Assembly (NCBI RefSeq): GCF_988242995.1
Contig: NZ_OZ547043.1
Length of the DNA stretch: 64,000 bases
Reading direction: 5' to 3' (one strand)
A program made the translations under genes and the position numbers. Below, piece by piece: positions 20,900 to 28,996 of the stretch. Position 1 is the first letter of the stretch. Each line of letters begins with the position of its first letter. The notes beneath the pieces are model-generated. The model saw only the letters and a list, made by a program, of their open reading frames with translations, did not search any database and was not told where the DNA came from.

Positions 20900-21966
20900 C
20901 GGGAAAATTTCTGCAGCAATGAGAAGTCGCGTGCGACCAGCATCAGCAGGCCCATTAGCATGAGTCCGGGTACTAACCACAAACCAGGAATGAGGGGAAT
21001 CGCGCCGTTAGCCACCAGCGTACGGCAGACGTCGCCGCCATAAAAAATGGCAATAAACAGCAACGTCAGTGGCAATAATGTTGAAAATCGCCCTTGCCGC
21101 GGTTTTACCCGACTTAATGAAATGGCCAGCAGCGCCATCAACAATGCTGTCAGGCCACGGCTTTGTCGCCATTGCAGTTCGGCATGATCGGCTGGAAAGA
21201 CGGAGCGCGCCAGCTCCGTGACCGATTTTGCTTTGCGTTTGACGTTAGGGCTTTGATCCAGCGGATTCAGATGTAATTGCAGATTACGGTAGATCTGTTC
21301 GTTGTCGTCACGCCCCTGATGATCGAGAAGATAGGCGGTCCCGTTATGCAACATAACGGTCGGTTTCTCAGGTGATGGGTCAACCACATCAACCGAACGG
21401 GCGCGGAAAATGCGGGTTCGATTGGCAGTAGAAGTATAAATCAGCGCGTCAGTCAGGCGATTATTATCCTGATCAACCGTCTGCGAAAGGATCATTCGTC
21501 CGTTATCGTTAGTGTTAAATTTCTTTGCCCGCAACTGGCGAACATCCAGCTCCGACTGTGACTGTTGCTCCAGTTGATAAATCTGCGCATAAGCCCACGG
21601 ACGACCATACATCGACAGAAGGGTGACAAAAATACTTAGCGGTATCGCCAGATAAAGAACGGCTTTGTACAAGCGTCCCGGACTGCCCCCCGCCGCAGAA
21701 ATAGCGGTAATTTCCGAGTCGGTATACATCTGCCCTAGCGTCACGCCAACTGACACATACAGTCCAACAGGTAACAACATCTCCAGTGCAATCAGCACCT
21801 TGTAGAAAACAATATCCAGCACAACATCAAGAGCTAATGTCCCATTTGCCGCTTCGGTCAGATAACGCTGTGCGGAGTAGCTGGCGAAAATAAAGATCAG
21901 AAAACCGACGATAATCAGCACCAGACGGCGCGTACCACGCATGATGTAGTGTTCAACCAGCTTCAT
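20896..21966 (-). CDS. LptF-like permease (YjgP/YjgQ family) paralog
   Basis: 356 aa; segments LGQMYTDSEITAISAAGGS and KPRQGRFSTLLPLTLLFI parallel E. coli LptF as recalled. Confidence 0.75.
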   Translation of the reverse strand: MKLVEHYIMRGTRRLVLIIVGFLIFIFASYSAQRYLTEAANGTLALDVVLDIVFYKVLIALEMLLPVGLYVSVGVTLGQMYTDSEITAISAAGGSPGRLYKAVLYLAIPLSIFVTLLSMYGRPWAYAQIYQLEQQSQSELDVRQLRAKKFNTNDNGRMILSQTVDQDNNRLTDALIYTSTANRTRIFRARSVDVVDPSPEKPTVMLHNGTAYLLDHQGRDDNEQIYRNLQLHLNPLDQSPNVKRKAKSVTELARSVFPADHAELQWRQSRGLTALLMALLAISLSRVKPRQGRFSTLLPLTLLFIAIFYGGDVCRTLVANGAIPLIPGLWLVPGLMLMGLLMLVARDFSLLQKFSR

Positions 21967-21996
21967 CTCACTAACGCCCTCAATCCTTTGAATTTT

Positions 21997-22560
21997 TTAT
22001 TCATTGATCAGTTTCTGCGCCAGCGCAATGACATGTTCTACCTCTTCCGGCGTCAGGCTGCCGTCCTTTGCCCACTGAATTTGCCCGGCTTTATTCAGCA
22101 CCAGAATGGTTGAACTCTGCTCCGGCAACCGCCAGGCAACGCGTCCCTGTCCATTGCCGTCAATAACGAATTGCGCCCACGGATAGCGGCGTTTATTTTT
22201 TTCGATTTTGCCAACGACAAAATAGCCAGTACCAAAAATGGCATCATCGGTGTTCACAATGGTGGTGGGCTGAAAACGATCCTGCGGAAAGTTTGCCGCT
22301 TCAACCGCTTTAATTAACAGTGAGTTCTTTTTCTTCGCCGACTTACGCCCGGCGATATACTGAATAATGCGAACTTTTCCCGCCAGCTGTGTGCTGTTCC
22401 ACTTTTGGTAGTGAATTTCGTCGTCGCTATTCAGAAGCAGCTCGCCGCCTTCCTGGATATAAACAGGGGTAACCGTTTTGCCAGTGACGAAATTGTGTGC
22501 CTGCACACCCGGGGCTAAGAGCATGATAATCAGCGCAATAATCAAACGAGATGACATCAT
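21997..22560 (-). CDS. Periplasmic protein with signal peptide, YtfJ-like
   Basis: 187 aa; N-terminal signal peptide MMSSRLIIALIIMLLAPGVQA; overall resemblance to YtfJ recalled from memory (uncertain); SD ggag upstream. Confidence 0.55.
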   Translation of the reverse strand: MMSSRLIIALIIMLLAPGVQAHNFVTGKTVTPVYIQEGGELLLNSDDEIHYQKWNSTQLAGKVRIIQYIAGRKSAKKKNSLLIKAVEAANFPQDRFQPTTIVNTDDAIFGTGYFVVGKIEKNKRRYPWAQFVIDGNGQGRVAWRLPEQSSTILVLNKAGQIQWAKDGSLTPEEVEHVIALAQKLINE

Positions 22561-22568
22561 TGCTCCGG

Positions 22569-23393
22569 TTATAGCGGAAAACGCGAAATCAGCAGCTCTA
22601 AGCGCTGGCGAATATCGCTATCCAGCGCCACCGGTGCATCATACGACTGGCGGTTTTCCATATCATCCGCCACCATGTCGTCGTGTTTATCCCCCATCAG
22701 GCCATTAATGGCGGCGAGGAAGCGGGAAATCTGTAACGCCTCTTTATTTTCAGGATCAAGCGATCTTAGGGTGTCGTAATAAGAAACCTGCTGGCTGATG
22801 ATTTTTCGCACATCATGAAATTCCCTGCCAGTTAGTCGCGGTTTGGCAATTATCTCTTTCAGGGTATGCATTTGCTTTTGCCGATAGGCAATAAAACCGC
22901 TTACGCTTTCTAACTGGCTATGGCGTAATGAATAGTTCACCAACGACCAGACCGGAGAGCTTAAATAAACCCGTAACAGGTTGCCGTAATACGACACAAT
23001 ATTTTTCTTACCGTTACGAAAGCCGTCCTGAAAACGCCCCAAAAAAACGGTCGTTTTGCCGAATAAAAATCCGGCCTGATGCTTTTTTAAATACAGCCGT
23101 TGCGCAAAACGCAGGTGCTTGTAGCGCGCTCGCATGTATTTAAATTGTTTGCGCTCATCAGCAGTCAGCTCATCGCCTTTGGCCTGTTTGCATATTAAAC
23201 GCAGTAACTCCTGGCGATTGACGCCATTGAGCCAGAATTGCAGGCATAACGCGTAATTATCATGGATGATTTCGGTGGTACAACTTAGTGCGATAGTCGG
23301 CGGCAAACTGACCTGTGCATCAACGACATCATCTTCTTCAATCGCAACAAATAGACGCTCGCTAGCCTCAAGCGGGAAATATTTTCTCATCAT
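22569..23393 (-). CDS. Hypothetical protein, 274 aa, no recognisable motif
   Basis: ATG start overlapping yghQ stop; basic, soluble-looking; function not inferable by eye. Confidence 0.55.
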   Translation of the reverse strand: MMRKYFPLEASERLFVAIEEDDVVDAQVSLPPTIALSCTTEIIHDNYALCLQFWLNGVNRQELLRLICKQAKGDELTADERKQFKYMRARYKHLRFAQRLYLKKHQAGFLFGKTTVFLGRFQDGFRNGKKNIVSYYGNLLRVYLSSPVWSLVNYSLRHSQLESVSGFIAYRQKQMHTLKEIIAKPRLTGREFHDVRKIISQQVSYYDTLRSLDPENKEALQISRFLAAINGLMGDKHDDMVADDMENRQSYDAPVALDSDIRQRLELLISRFPL

Positions 23394-24742
23394 CAGGATT
23401 TCTCTCCGGCTGCGTTATAAAGCAAGGAATGGCGCTGAAAAAATGCCTTTAAGGTTGGAATTAGCGAGAGCACCACATCCAGACATTGCCCAGCGAAGTA
23501 AGCAAATGCAGCCCCCAGCACGCCAAACAGATGACAGAACATGAACAGCAATACGATGTAGCCGATTGAGGCGATGGTTTGCGCCACGAGAAAAGCACGC
23601 TGTTTTCCCGCCATCAATAGCAATGACTCCTGTGGGAAGCCCAGCATCGAAATCACAATTGCGCCCAGCATCACCTGAATCAGGTCATACGCTTCGAGAT
23701 ACTTAACGCCAAACACCAGCGAAATGAGCGGCTTGCCGACGATCAACACCGCGAGCGCCACCAGAATACCGATTCCGCCCGCCAGTAAACCGGACTTCAC
23801 GCCTAACAACCACGGTCTGGTGGTGCGCGGATCTAAACGCATCACCTCTGGGTAAAAACTTTTACCCAGTAAACCCGCTGGCGTTCCGGCGGCGTCGAAG
23901 AATGTCATGGCGATTTTAAATAACCCGGCGGCAGCGGGTCCTAACACGATCCCCACCAACACTGTGCTGCACGAGTTACGTGCCGACCAGATGGAGTGGG
24001 CAATGTTGGTTGACCAGACAAAACTCCACGCGCCTTTAATGTGTCGGGCAGACTCAAACAGATTCAATTTGAAGGCGTTATGGATATTTCTGCGGCGTAA
24101 TTCGCGCGCGGCAAACCACCAGTACATGGTGCCGCCAACCAGATTCGACACGTACCAGGCAATAACAAAACCCGCAAAACCAAAGTCAAAATACCAGGCT
24201 ACGACGCTCCCCGCTGCGCGCAGAAAAGGTTTCGTCGCTTGCTGTACAGCAATTAGATCGAAGCGATCTACCGCACGCAGAATGCCGGTCGGCGTGGAGG
24301 AAGCCATTGAAGGAATGAGCGTGCAATACAGCGCGGCCAGCCAAAAGCTTTGGTCATCCAGACCTAATGAATGGGAAAGAAAAGGGAGTAAGGCAATGCC
24401 GCCGACAATCGCCACCGCGCCGCTGACGATATCCAGCGAGAAGGAAAATGAGACGACATTGCGGAATTGCTGCGGATTATTGTTGGTTAATGCTGGTGTT
24501 CCGTACTGCACCACCAACTGCCATGTCTGAAACTTAATAAAATCGCTGATCGACTTGGCGTACGATTGCACAATCACCAGTACGCCAAACATGGCGGGCG
24601 TCATCCCTTTACCGGCACACGAGAGCGCCAACAAACCCAGCAAGGCGCTCACGACATTACTGGAGCCTAACCAGGCGCTATTGCGAATAATGGTGCGAAA
24701 CGCGCCATCTGCAAACCAATGTTTGATGTTAAAACCCGCCAA
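23393..24742 (-). CDS. yghQ: Polytopic inner-membrane protein, MOP (Wzx/MurJ/MATE)-type flippase-like
   Basis: 449-aa ORF, many hydrophobic helices; start at 24742 is TTG (no in-frame ATG for first 46 codons); recognised as yghQ. Confidence 0.75.
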   Translation of the reverse strand: MAGFNIKHWFADGAFRTIIRNSAWLGSSNVVSALLGLLALSCAGKGMTPAMFGVLVIVQSYAKSISDFIKFQTWQLVVQYGTPALTNNNPQQFRNVVSFSFSLDIVSGAVAIVGGIALLPFLSHSLGLDDQSFWLAALYCTLIPSMASSTPTGILRAVDRFDLIAVQQATKPFLRAAGSVVAWYFDFGFAGFVIAWYVSNLVGGTMYWWFAARELRRRNIHNAFKLNLFESARHIKGAWSFVWSTNIAHSIWSARNSCSTVLVGIVLGPAAAGLFKIAMTFFDAAGTPAGLLGKSFYPEVMRLDPRTTRPWLLGVKSGLLAGGIGILVALAVLIVGKPLISLVFGVKYLEAYDLIQVMLGAIVISMLGFPQESLLLMAGKQRAFLVAQTIASIGYIVLLFMFCHLFGVLGAAFAYFAGQCLDVVLSLIPTLKAFFQRHSLLYNAAGEKS

Positions 24743-24787
24743 TTCAGCCTGACCTTATCGTTGATAGTAAAAAGTATCCCGCCAGCC

Positions 24788-25546
24788 TTAAGTTAAACTT
24801 CGGCGGTCAGAAACGATGGCAACCAGAGAAACCGCCTTCTGTGCCTGTTCCAGCACCTCGCTGTAAGGCGCTCTGGAATCAATCTCAAGAATTTTTGTGC
24901 CGTTATAGCCAATCGTCGACATGACGCCGATTTTGTCCTGCAGCTCGGCATAGTCATGGTCAGGCTTGCGGGAGATGGCAGTATCAATATCAATCCCCAA
25001 GCGAATGATTAATTCAGGACGGTATTGCGCCATTTGTTGGTATAAACGCCGTTCGCGCTGCGCCAGAAACATGCTGATTTTCCCGGTCGCACGTTCGACG
25101 CCGATCCCCGGTCCGTCATAATAAAAGCCCGAAATTTCAGCCTGCGGGAAGCGATCGCTGACCACCAGAACGCCACTTTGCGCCAGTCGCTGAACCTTGC
25201 GTAGATTCGCCATTCTTCGCAGCGAGAAGCAGTACATAATCACCGCCGCCCATAGCGCTGGAGATTTGGTTTTCATGCTTTGGGTTTTCGAGGATTTGGC
25301 CGCCAGTCGCCGTTCGAGCCAGACGCCAACCAACGGCAATCGTTTGATTTTGTCGCCGTCTTCGCCGGAGAGCAGCCCCAAATAGCGGCGCTCGGTTTGC
25401 CAGTGTTGTTGCAGCGATTTCACCAGGTCGGTGGTCAGCGTGGATTTACCGGTGCCATCACACCCGACCACCGCAATCAGCCCCGGAATGTAGTTGGGCT
25501 GCGGCACGGTTGTACTATTAACAGTTTGTGTTTGTAGTGCATCCAT
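24788..25546 (-). CDS. yghR: P-loop NTPase, nucleoside/nucleotide-kinase-like
   Basis: 252 aa; Walker A GCDGTGKST; SDRFPQ and RKPDH motifs shared with yghS and yghT. Confidence 0.8.
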   Translation of the reverse strand: MDALQTQTVNSTTVPQPNYIPGLIAVVGCDGTGKSTLTTDLVKSLQQHWQTERRYLGLLSGEDGDKIKRLPLVGVWLERRLAAKSSKTQSMKTKSPALWAAVIMYCFSLRRMANLRKVQRLAQSGVLVVSDRFPQAEISGFYYDGPGIGVERATGKISMFLAQRERRLYQQMAQYRPELIIRLGIDIDTAISRKPDHDYAELQDKIGVMSTIGYNGTKILEIDSRAPYSEVLEQAQKAVSLVAIVSDRRSLT

Positions 25547-25577
25547 TCGTTAAATCATCCCCTATCCATTTTGGTGA

Positions 25578-26291
25578 TCAGGAAAGCGCGGCGTGAATTG
25601 CGCGTAGTGACGCTTGCATAATTTCATCGGCTGGTTGCCGACCATCCAGTTCAAGGATCCTGGCGCCATTGAATGTCAGTTGCGGCGTAACGGCGATTTT
25701 TTCCTGTAACGCCGCCAGTTGATGGTCAGGTTTACGCGAAAACGCGGTTTGTTCATCAATGCCAAGACGAATCAACAATACGGGCAAATAAGACGCCATC
25801 CATTGGTACAGCTTCAGCTCGCGCTGCCTTAACATTTTTATCCAGCCGTTACCGCCCGTGGTTTTTGCCAATTGCGGGCCATCAAAGCGAAAACCCGGCA
25901 CTTCAACCTGCGGGTAGCGGTCGGTGATGAGCAGATAGCCTTGCTGGCTTTTACACAACATTTTGCGAAACTTGTACGCCCGCCAGCAGGAAAGCAGATA
26001 GATAACCAGCGCAGTAATATTGCCAGGCGGTGTTAAGGGCTTTTCGTGCACATGTGCCGCTTTACTTCGCAAATAACGCCCAAAAGGTGCGCCAATAACA
26101 GGGAGCTGTGAAATCCATTCGCCAATTCGCCCGGACGATTGCCCGAGATAAATGTGTTCTGTTGGCATTGTTGCTGCCAGTTCATTTACCAGGCTTGCCG
26201 TGAGGGTCGATTTACCTGAACCATCACATCCTACAATGGCAATAACACGCACTGGCGTGGAATTAATTATTGACATATTACGTTGATTCAC
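25578..26291 (-). CDS. yghS: P-loop NTPase, paralog of yghR
   Basis: 237 aa from GTG at 26291 (ATG alternative at 26276); Walker A GCDGSGKST; TDRYPQ and RKPDH motifs. Confidence 0.8.
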   Translation of the reverse strand: MNQRNMSIINSTPVRVIAIVGCDGSGKSTLTASLVNELAATMPTEHIYLGQSSGRIGEWISQLPVIGAPFGRYLRSKAAHVHEKPLTPPGNITALVIYLLSCWRAYKFRKMLCKSQQGYLLITDRYPQVEVPGFRFDGPQLAKTTGGNGWIKMLRQRELKLYQWMASYLPVLLIRLGIDEQTAFSRKPDHQLAALQEKIAVTPQLTFNGARILELDGRQPADEIMQASLRAIHAALS

Positions 26292-26464
26292 GAAAAACCC
26301 GGCAGCAAATAATGTATTGAATATTACGTGGTCCGTGCTCAGAATATCCGTTCAACCTTATTGTGACAATGGTTAATTGTGACATTGACCTGAATTACGC
26401 TTTCATAAAAACATATTAACCAAATAAATATTTTTAATGGATATTTAAATTAAAGGATATATTC
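26292..26464. promoter_or_regulatory. Divergent intergenic region yghS / yghT
   Basis: AT-rich 173 bp between divergent starts; promoter role inferred. Confidence 0.4.
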
Positions 26465-27157
26465 ATGCAGTCAATAACACCTCCATTAATTGCCGTTATT
26501 GGTAGCGATGGTTCAGGCAAGTCAACGGTGTGTGAACATCTCATTACCGTTGTCGAAAAATATGGTGCTGCCGAAAGAGTTCATTTAGGAAAACAGGCCG
26601 GAAATGTCGGTCGTGCAGTGACAAAATTACCGTTGATGGGAAAATCCTTACATAAAACAATTGAACGAAATCAGGTGAAAACAGCAAAAAAATTGCCAGG
26701 ACCAGTTCCGGCGCTGGTAATTACAGCGTTTGTCGCCCGTCGCTTACTGCGCTTTCGTCATATGCTTGCCTGTCGTCGTCGCGGGTTAATTGTTCTAACC
26801 GACCGTTATCCTCAGGACCAAATTCCTGGCGCTTACGATGGTACAGTGTTCCCGCCTAACGTTGAAGGCGGCCGGTTTGTCTCATGGCTGGCAAGCCAGG
26901 AACGTAAAGCGTTTCACTGGATGGCGAGCCATAAACCTGATCTGGTCATCAAACTCAATGTCGATCTGGACGTGGCCTGCGCGCGTAAGCCTGACCACAA
27001 AAGAGAATCGCTGGAAAGGAAGATAGCCATAACGCCACAGTTAACCTTTGGAGGCGCGCAACTGGTTGATATCGATGCCAATCAACCGCTGGAACAAGTG
27101 CTGGTTGATGCGGAAAAAGCGATTACGGATTTTATGACCGCGCGTGGTTATCACTAG
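26465..27157 (+). CDS. yghT: P-loop NTPase, paralog of yghR/yghS
   Basis: 230 aa; SD aagga; Walker [16 protein letters not shown] and RKPDH motifs. Confidence 0.8.
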   Translation: MQSITPPLIAVIGSDGSGKSTVCEHLITVVEKYGAAERVHLGKQAGNVGRAVTKLPLMGKSLHKTIERNQVKTAKKLPGPVPALVITAFVARRLLRFRHMLACRRRGLIVLTDRYPQDQIPGAYDGTVFPPNVEGGRFVSWLASQERKAFHWMASHKPDLVIKLNVDLDVACARKPDHKRESLERKIAITPQLTFGGAQLVDIDANQPLEQVLVDAEKAITDFMTARGYH

Positions 27158-27165
27158 TCAAAAAT

Positions 27166-27197
27166 GGAAATGCCCGATCGCCAGGACCGGGCATTTT
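27166..27197. terminator. Bidirectional terminator hairpin between yghT and pitB
   Basis: Stem aatgcccg / cgggcatt with 11-nt loop, A-run before and T4 after. Confidence 0.55.
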
Positions 27198-27205
27198 CAG
27201 GAAGG

Positions 27206-28705
27206 TTAAATCAACTGCAATGCTATCCAGTACAACCCACCAGAAAGAAAAATCGCCGCCGGTAAAGTAAACACCCACGCCATCAGGATGCTGGTTACCG
27301 TTTTACGCTGTAACCCACCGCCGTCCACCACCATCGTCCCTGCTACCGCAGACGAGAGGACGTGTGTTGTGGAGACGGGCATCCCAATATAACTGGCAAG
27401 GCCGATAGACACTGCCGCCGTCATTTGTGCCGCCATGCCTTGCGCATACGTCATGCCGCGCTTACCAATCTTCTCACCGATGGTCATCGCTACACGACGC
27501 CAGCCAATCATGGTGCCAATGCCGAGCGCCAGTGCTACTGCCATGATGATCCACACCGGAGCGTACTCAATGGTGCTTAACATATCGCTGCGCAGTTTTT
27601 TCAGCAGGTTCTGGTCTTCTTTACTGACGCCTGGCAGTTTCGCCAGCTTCGCGGAGGTATCAGAGATGCACAGCATAATGCGGCGCAGCTGGCTGCGCTG
27701 ACTCACGCTTAACGGCTCGTAACTTTCCATATTGCCTGGCAGCATCGTTTTAACGCGCGCAATCGCATCAAAGGTATTTGCCGGATGACAGTGAAACTCC
27801 GTTACTTGCGTACCATCAGTCGATGCCGCAGGCAATGGAGGTTCCATCGCAATCAACTTCTGCGGCAGTTCAGGATGCTGTTGCAGGTAGTGTTCGAAGT
27901 TGGTGACGGCATCGCGGGTACGGGTAATTTCATAGCCGGACGCATTCATATTGACGACGAAACCAGCAGGGGCAATCCCCACCAGTACCAGCATCACCAG
28001 GCCGATCCCTTTCTGCCCGTCGTTAGCACCGTGCGAAAACGCCACGCCCGCAGCGGAAACAATCAGCGCAATACGCGTCCAGAATGGTGGCTTCCGTTTG
28101 CCTTTTTTCTTTTTGCGATCTTCCGGAATGCGGTGAATACGGTCACGCTTTTTCGTCCCGCTCCAGTAGCGGCGCAGCAGGAATATCAGGCCTCCCGCAA
28201 TGACCAGGCCGACGATAGGGGAAACAATCAGCGAGGAGAAAATTTTGGTCACTTCACGCAGGTTTAACGCATCCATCACCGATGAGCCGGTTAACAGCGC
28301 GTTGGTTAAACCGATGCCGATAATCGCACCAATCAAGGTATGCGAACTGGAGGCCGGTAAACCAAAGAACCACGTTCCCAGGTTCCAGATAATCGCCGCC
28401 AGCAGCATGGAAAAGACCATCGCCAGGCCGTGAGTTGACCCCATATTCAGCAACAAATCGGTTGGCAACATATGGACAATGGCATAGGCAACGCTAAGTC
28501 CGCCTAGCAATACGCCAAAAAAGTTAAAAAATGCCGCCATCACCACAGCAAGTTGTGGTTGCATGGCACGAGTATAAATAACGGTTGCCACCGCATTCGC
28601 CGTATCATGAAAACCATTGATTGCTTCGTAGAACAACACAAATGCCAGAGCAAGTAATAACAAAAGCCCCGTGAATATATCAAGGCCAACAAATAAATTT
28701 AGCAT
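27206..28705 (-). CDS. pitB: Low-affinity inorganic phosphate transporter
   Basis: 499-aa ORF, ATG start; recognised as PitB. Confidence 0.92.
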   Translation of the reverse strand: MLNLFVGLDIFTGLLLLLALAFVLFYEAINGFHDTANAVATVIYTRAMQPQLAVVMAAFFNFFGVLLGGLSVAYAIVHMLPTDLLLNMGSTHGLAMVFSMLLAAIIWNLGTWFFGLPASSSHTLIGAIIGIGLTNALLTGSSVMDALNLREVTKIFSSLIVSPIVGLVIAGGLIFLLRRYWSGTKKRDRIHRIPEDRKKKKGKRKPPFWTRIALIVSAAGVAFSHGANDGQKGIGLVMLVLVGIAPAGFVVNMNASGYEITRTRDAVTNFEHYLQQHPELPQKLIAMEPPLPAASTDGTQVTEFHCHPANTFDAIARVKTMLPGNMESYEPLSVSQRSQLRRIMLCISDTSAKLAKLPGVSKEDQNLLKKLRSDMLSTIEYAPVWIIMAVALALGIGTMIGWRRVAMTIGEKIGKRGMTYAQGMAAQMTAAVSIGLASYIGMPVSTTHVLSSAVAGTMVVDGGGLQRKTVTSILMAWVFTLPAAIFLSGGLYWIALQLI

Positions 28706-28946
28706 ATATTAGATTACGCCATTTTGAATTTACGAACGGACGCATTATCAGTGACTTTAACGGCGTGGGCAAAGTGAAATATCATTTTTAAACGATAAAA
28801 AGAGTGTTATTTCTTGTGTATCAGATAATAAGCATTCATTCAAAACCTTTAGAAATAATCAAAACACAGGCATTCCACTGGTTAATACATTCACACATGA
28901 AATGAATAAATATTTGAATATATAAATATTGAATATTTTGATTAAT

Positions 28947-28981
28947 CCCCGCACTGATTATTCTTCATAATCAGTGCGGGG
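28947..28981. terminator. Perfect 14-bp inverted repeat hairpin downstream of gss
   Basis: ccccgcactgatta ttcttca taatcagtgcgggg; 16 nt past gss stop; no clear U-tract. Confidence 0.35.
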
Positions 28982-28996
28982 TTGCTACAACATGTA

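Noticed and set aside
24788..27157. yghR/S/T as ABC-transporter ATPases for the LptF/G-like permeases
   Set aside because: Walker A is present but no LSGGQ signature, Q-loop or H-loop pattern was seen; the motifs resemble small-molecule kinases instead.
15327..27160. Genomic island or prophage origin for the accessory block
   Set aside because: No integrase, tRNA gene, phage genes or flanking direct repeats; base composition looks native. More consistent with an ancestral locus that K-12 lost.
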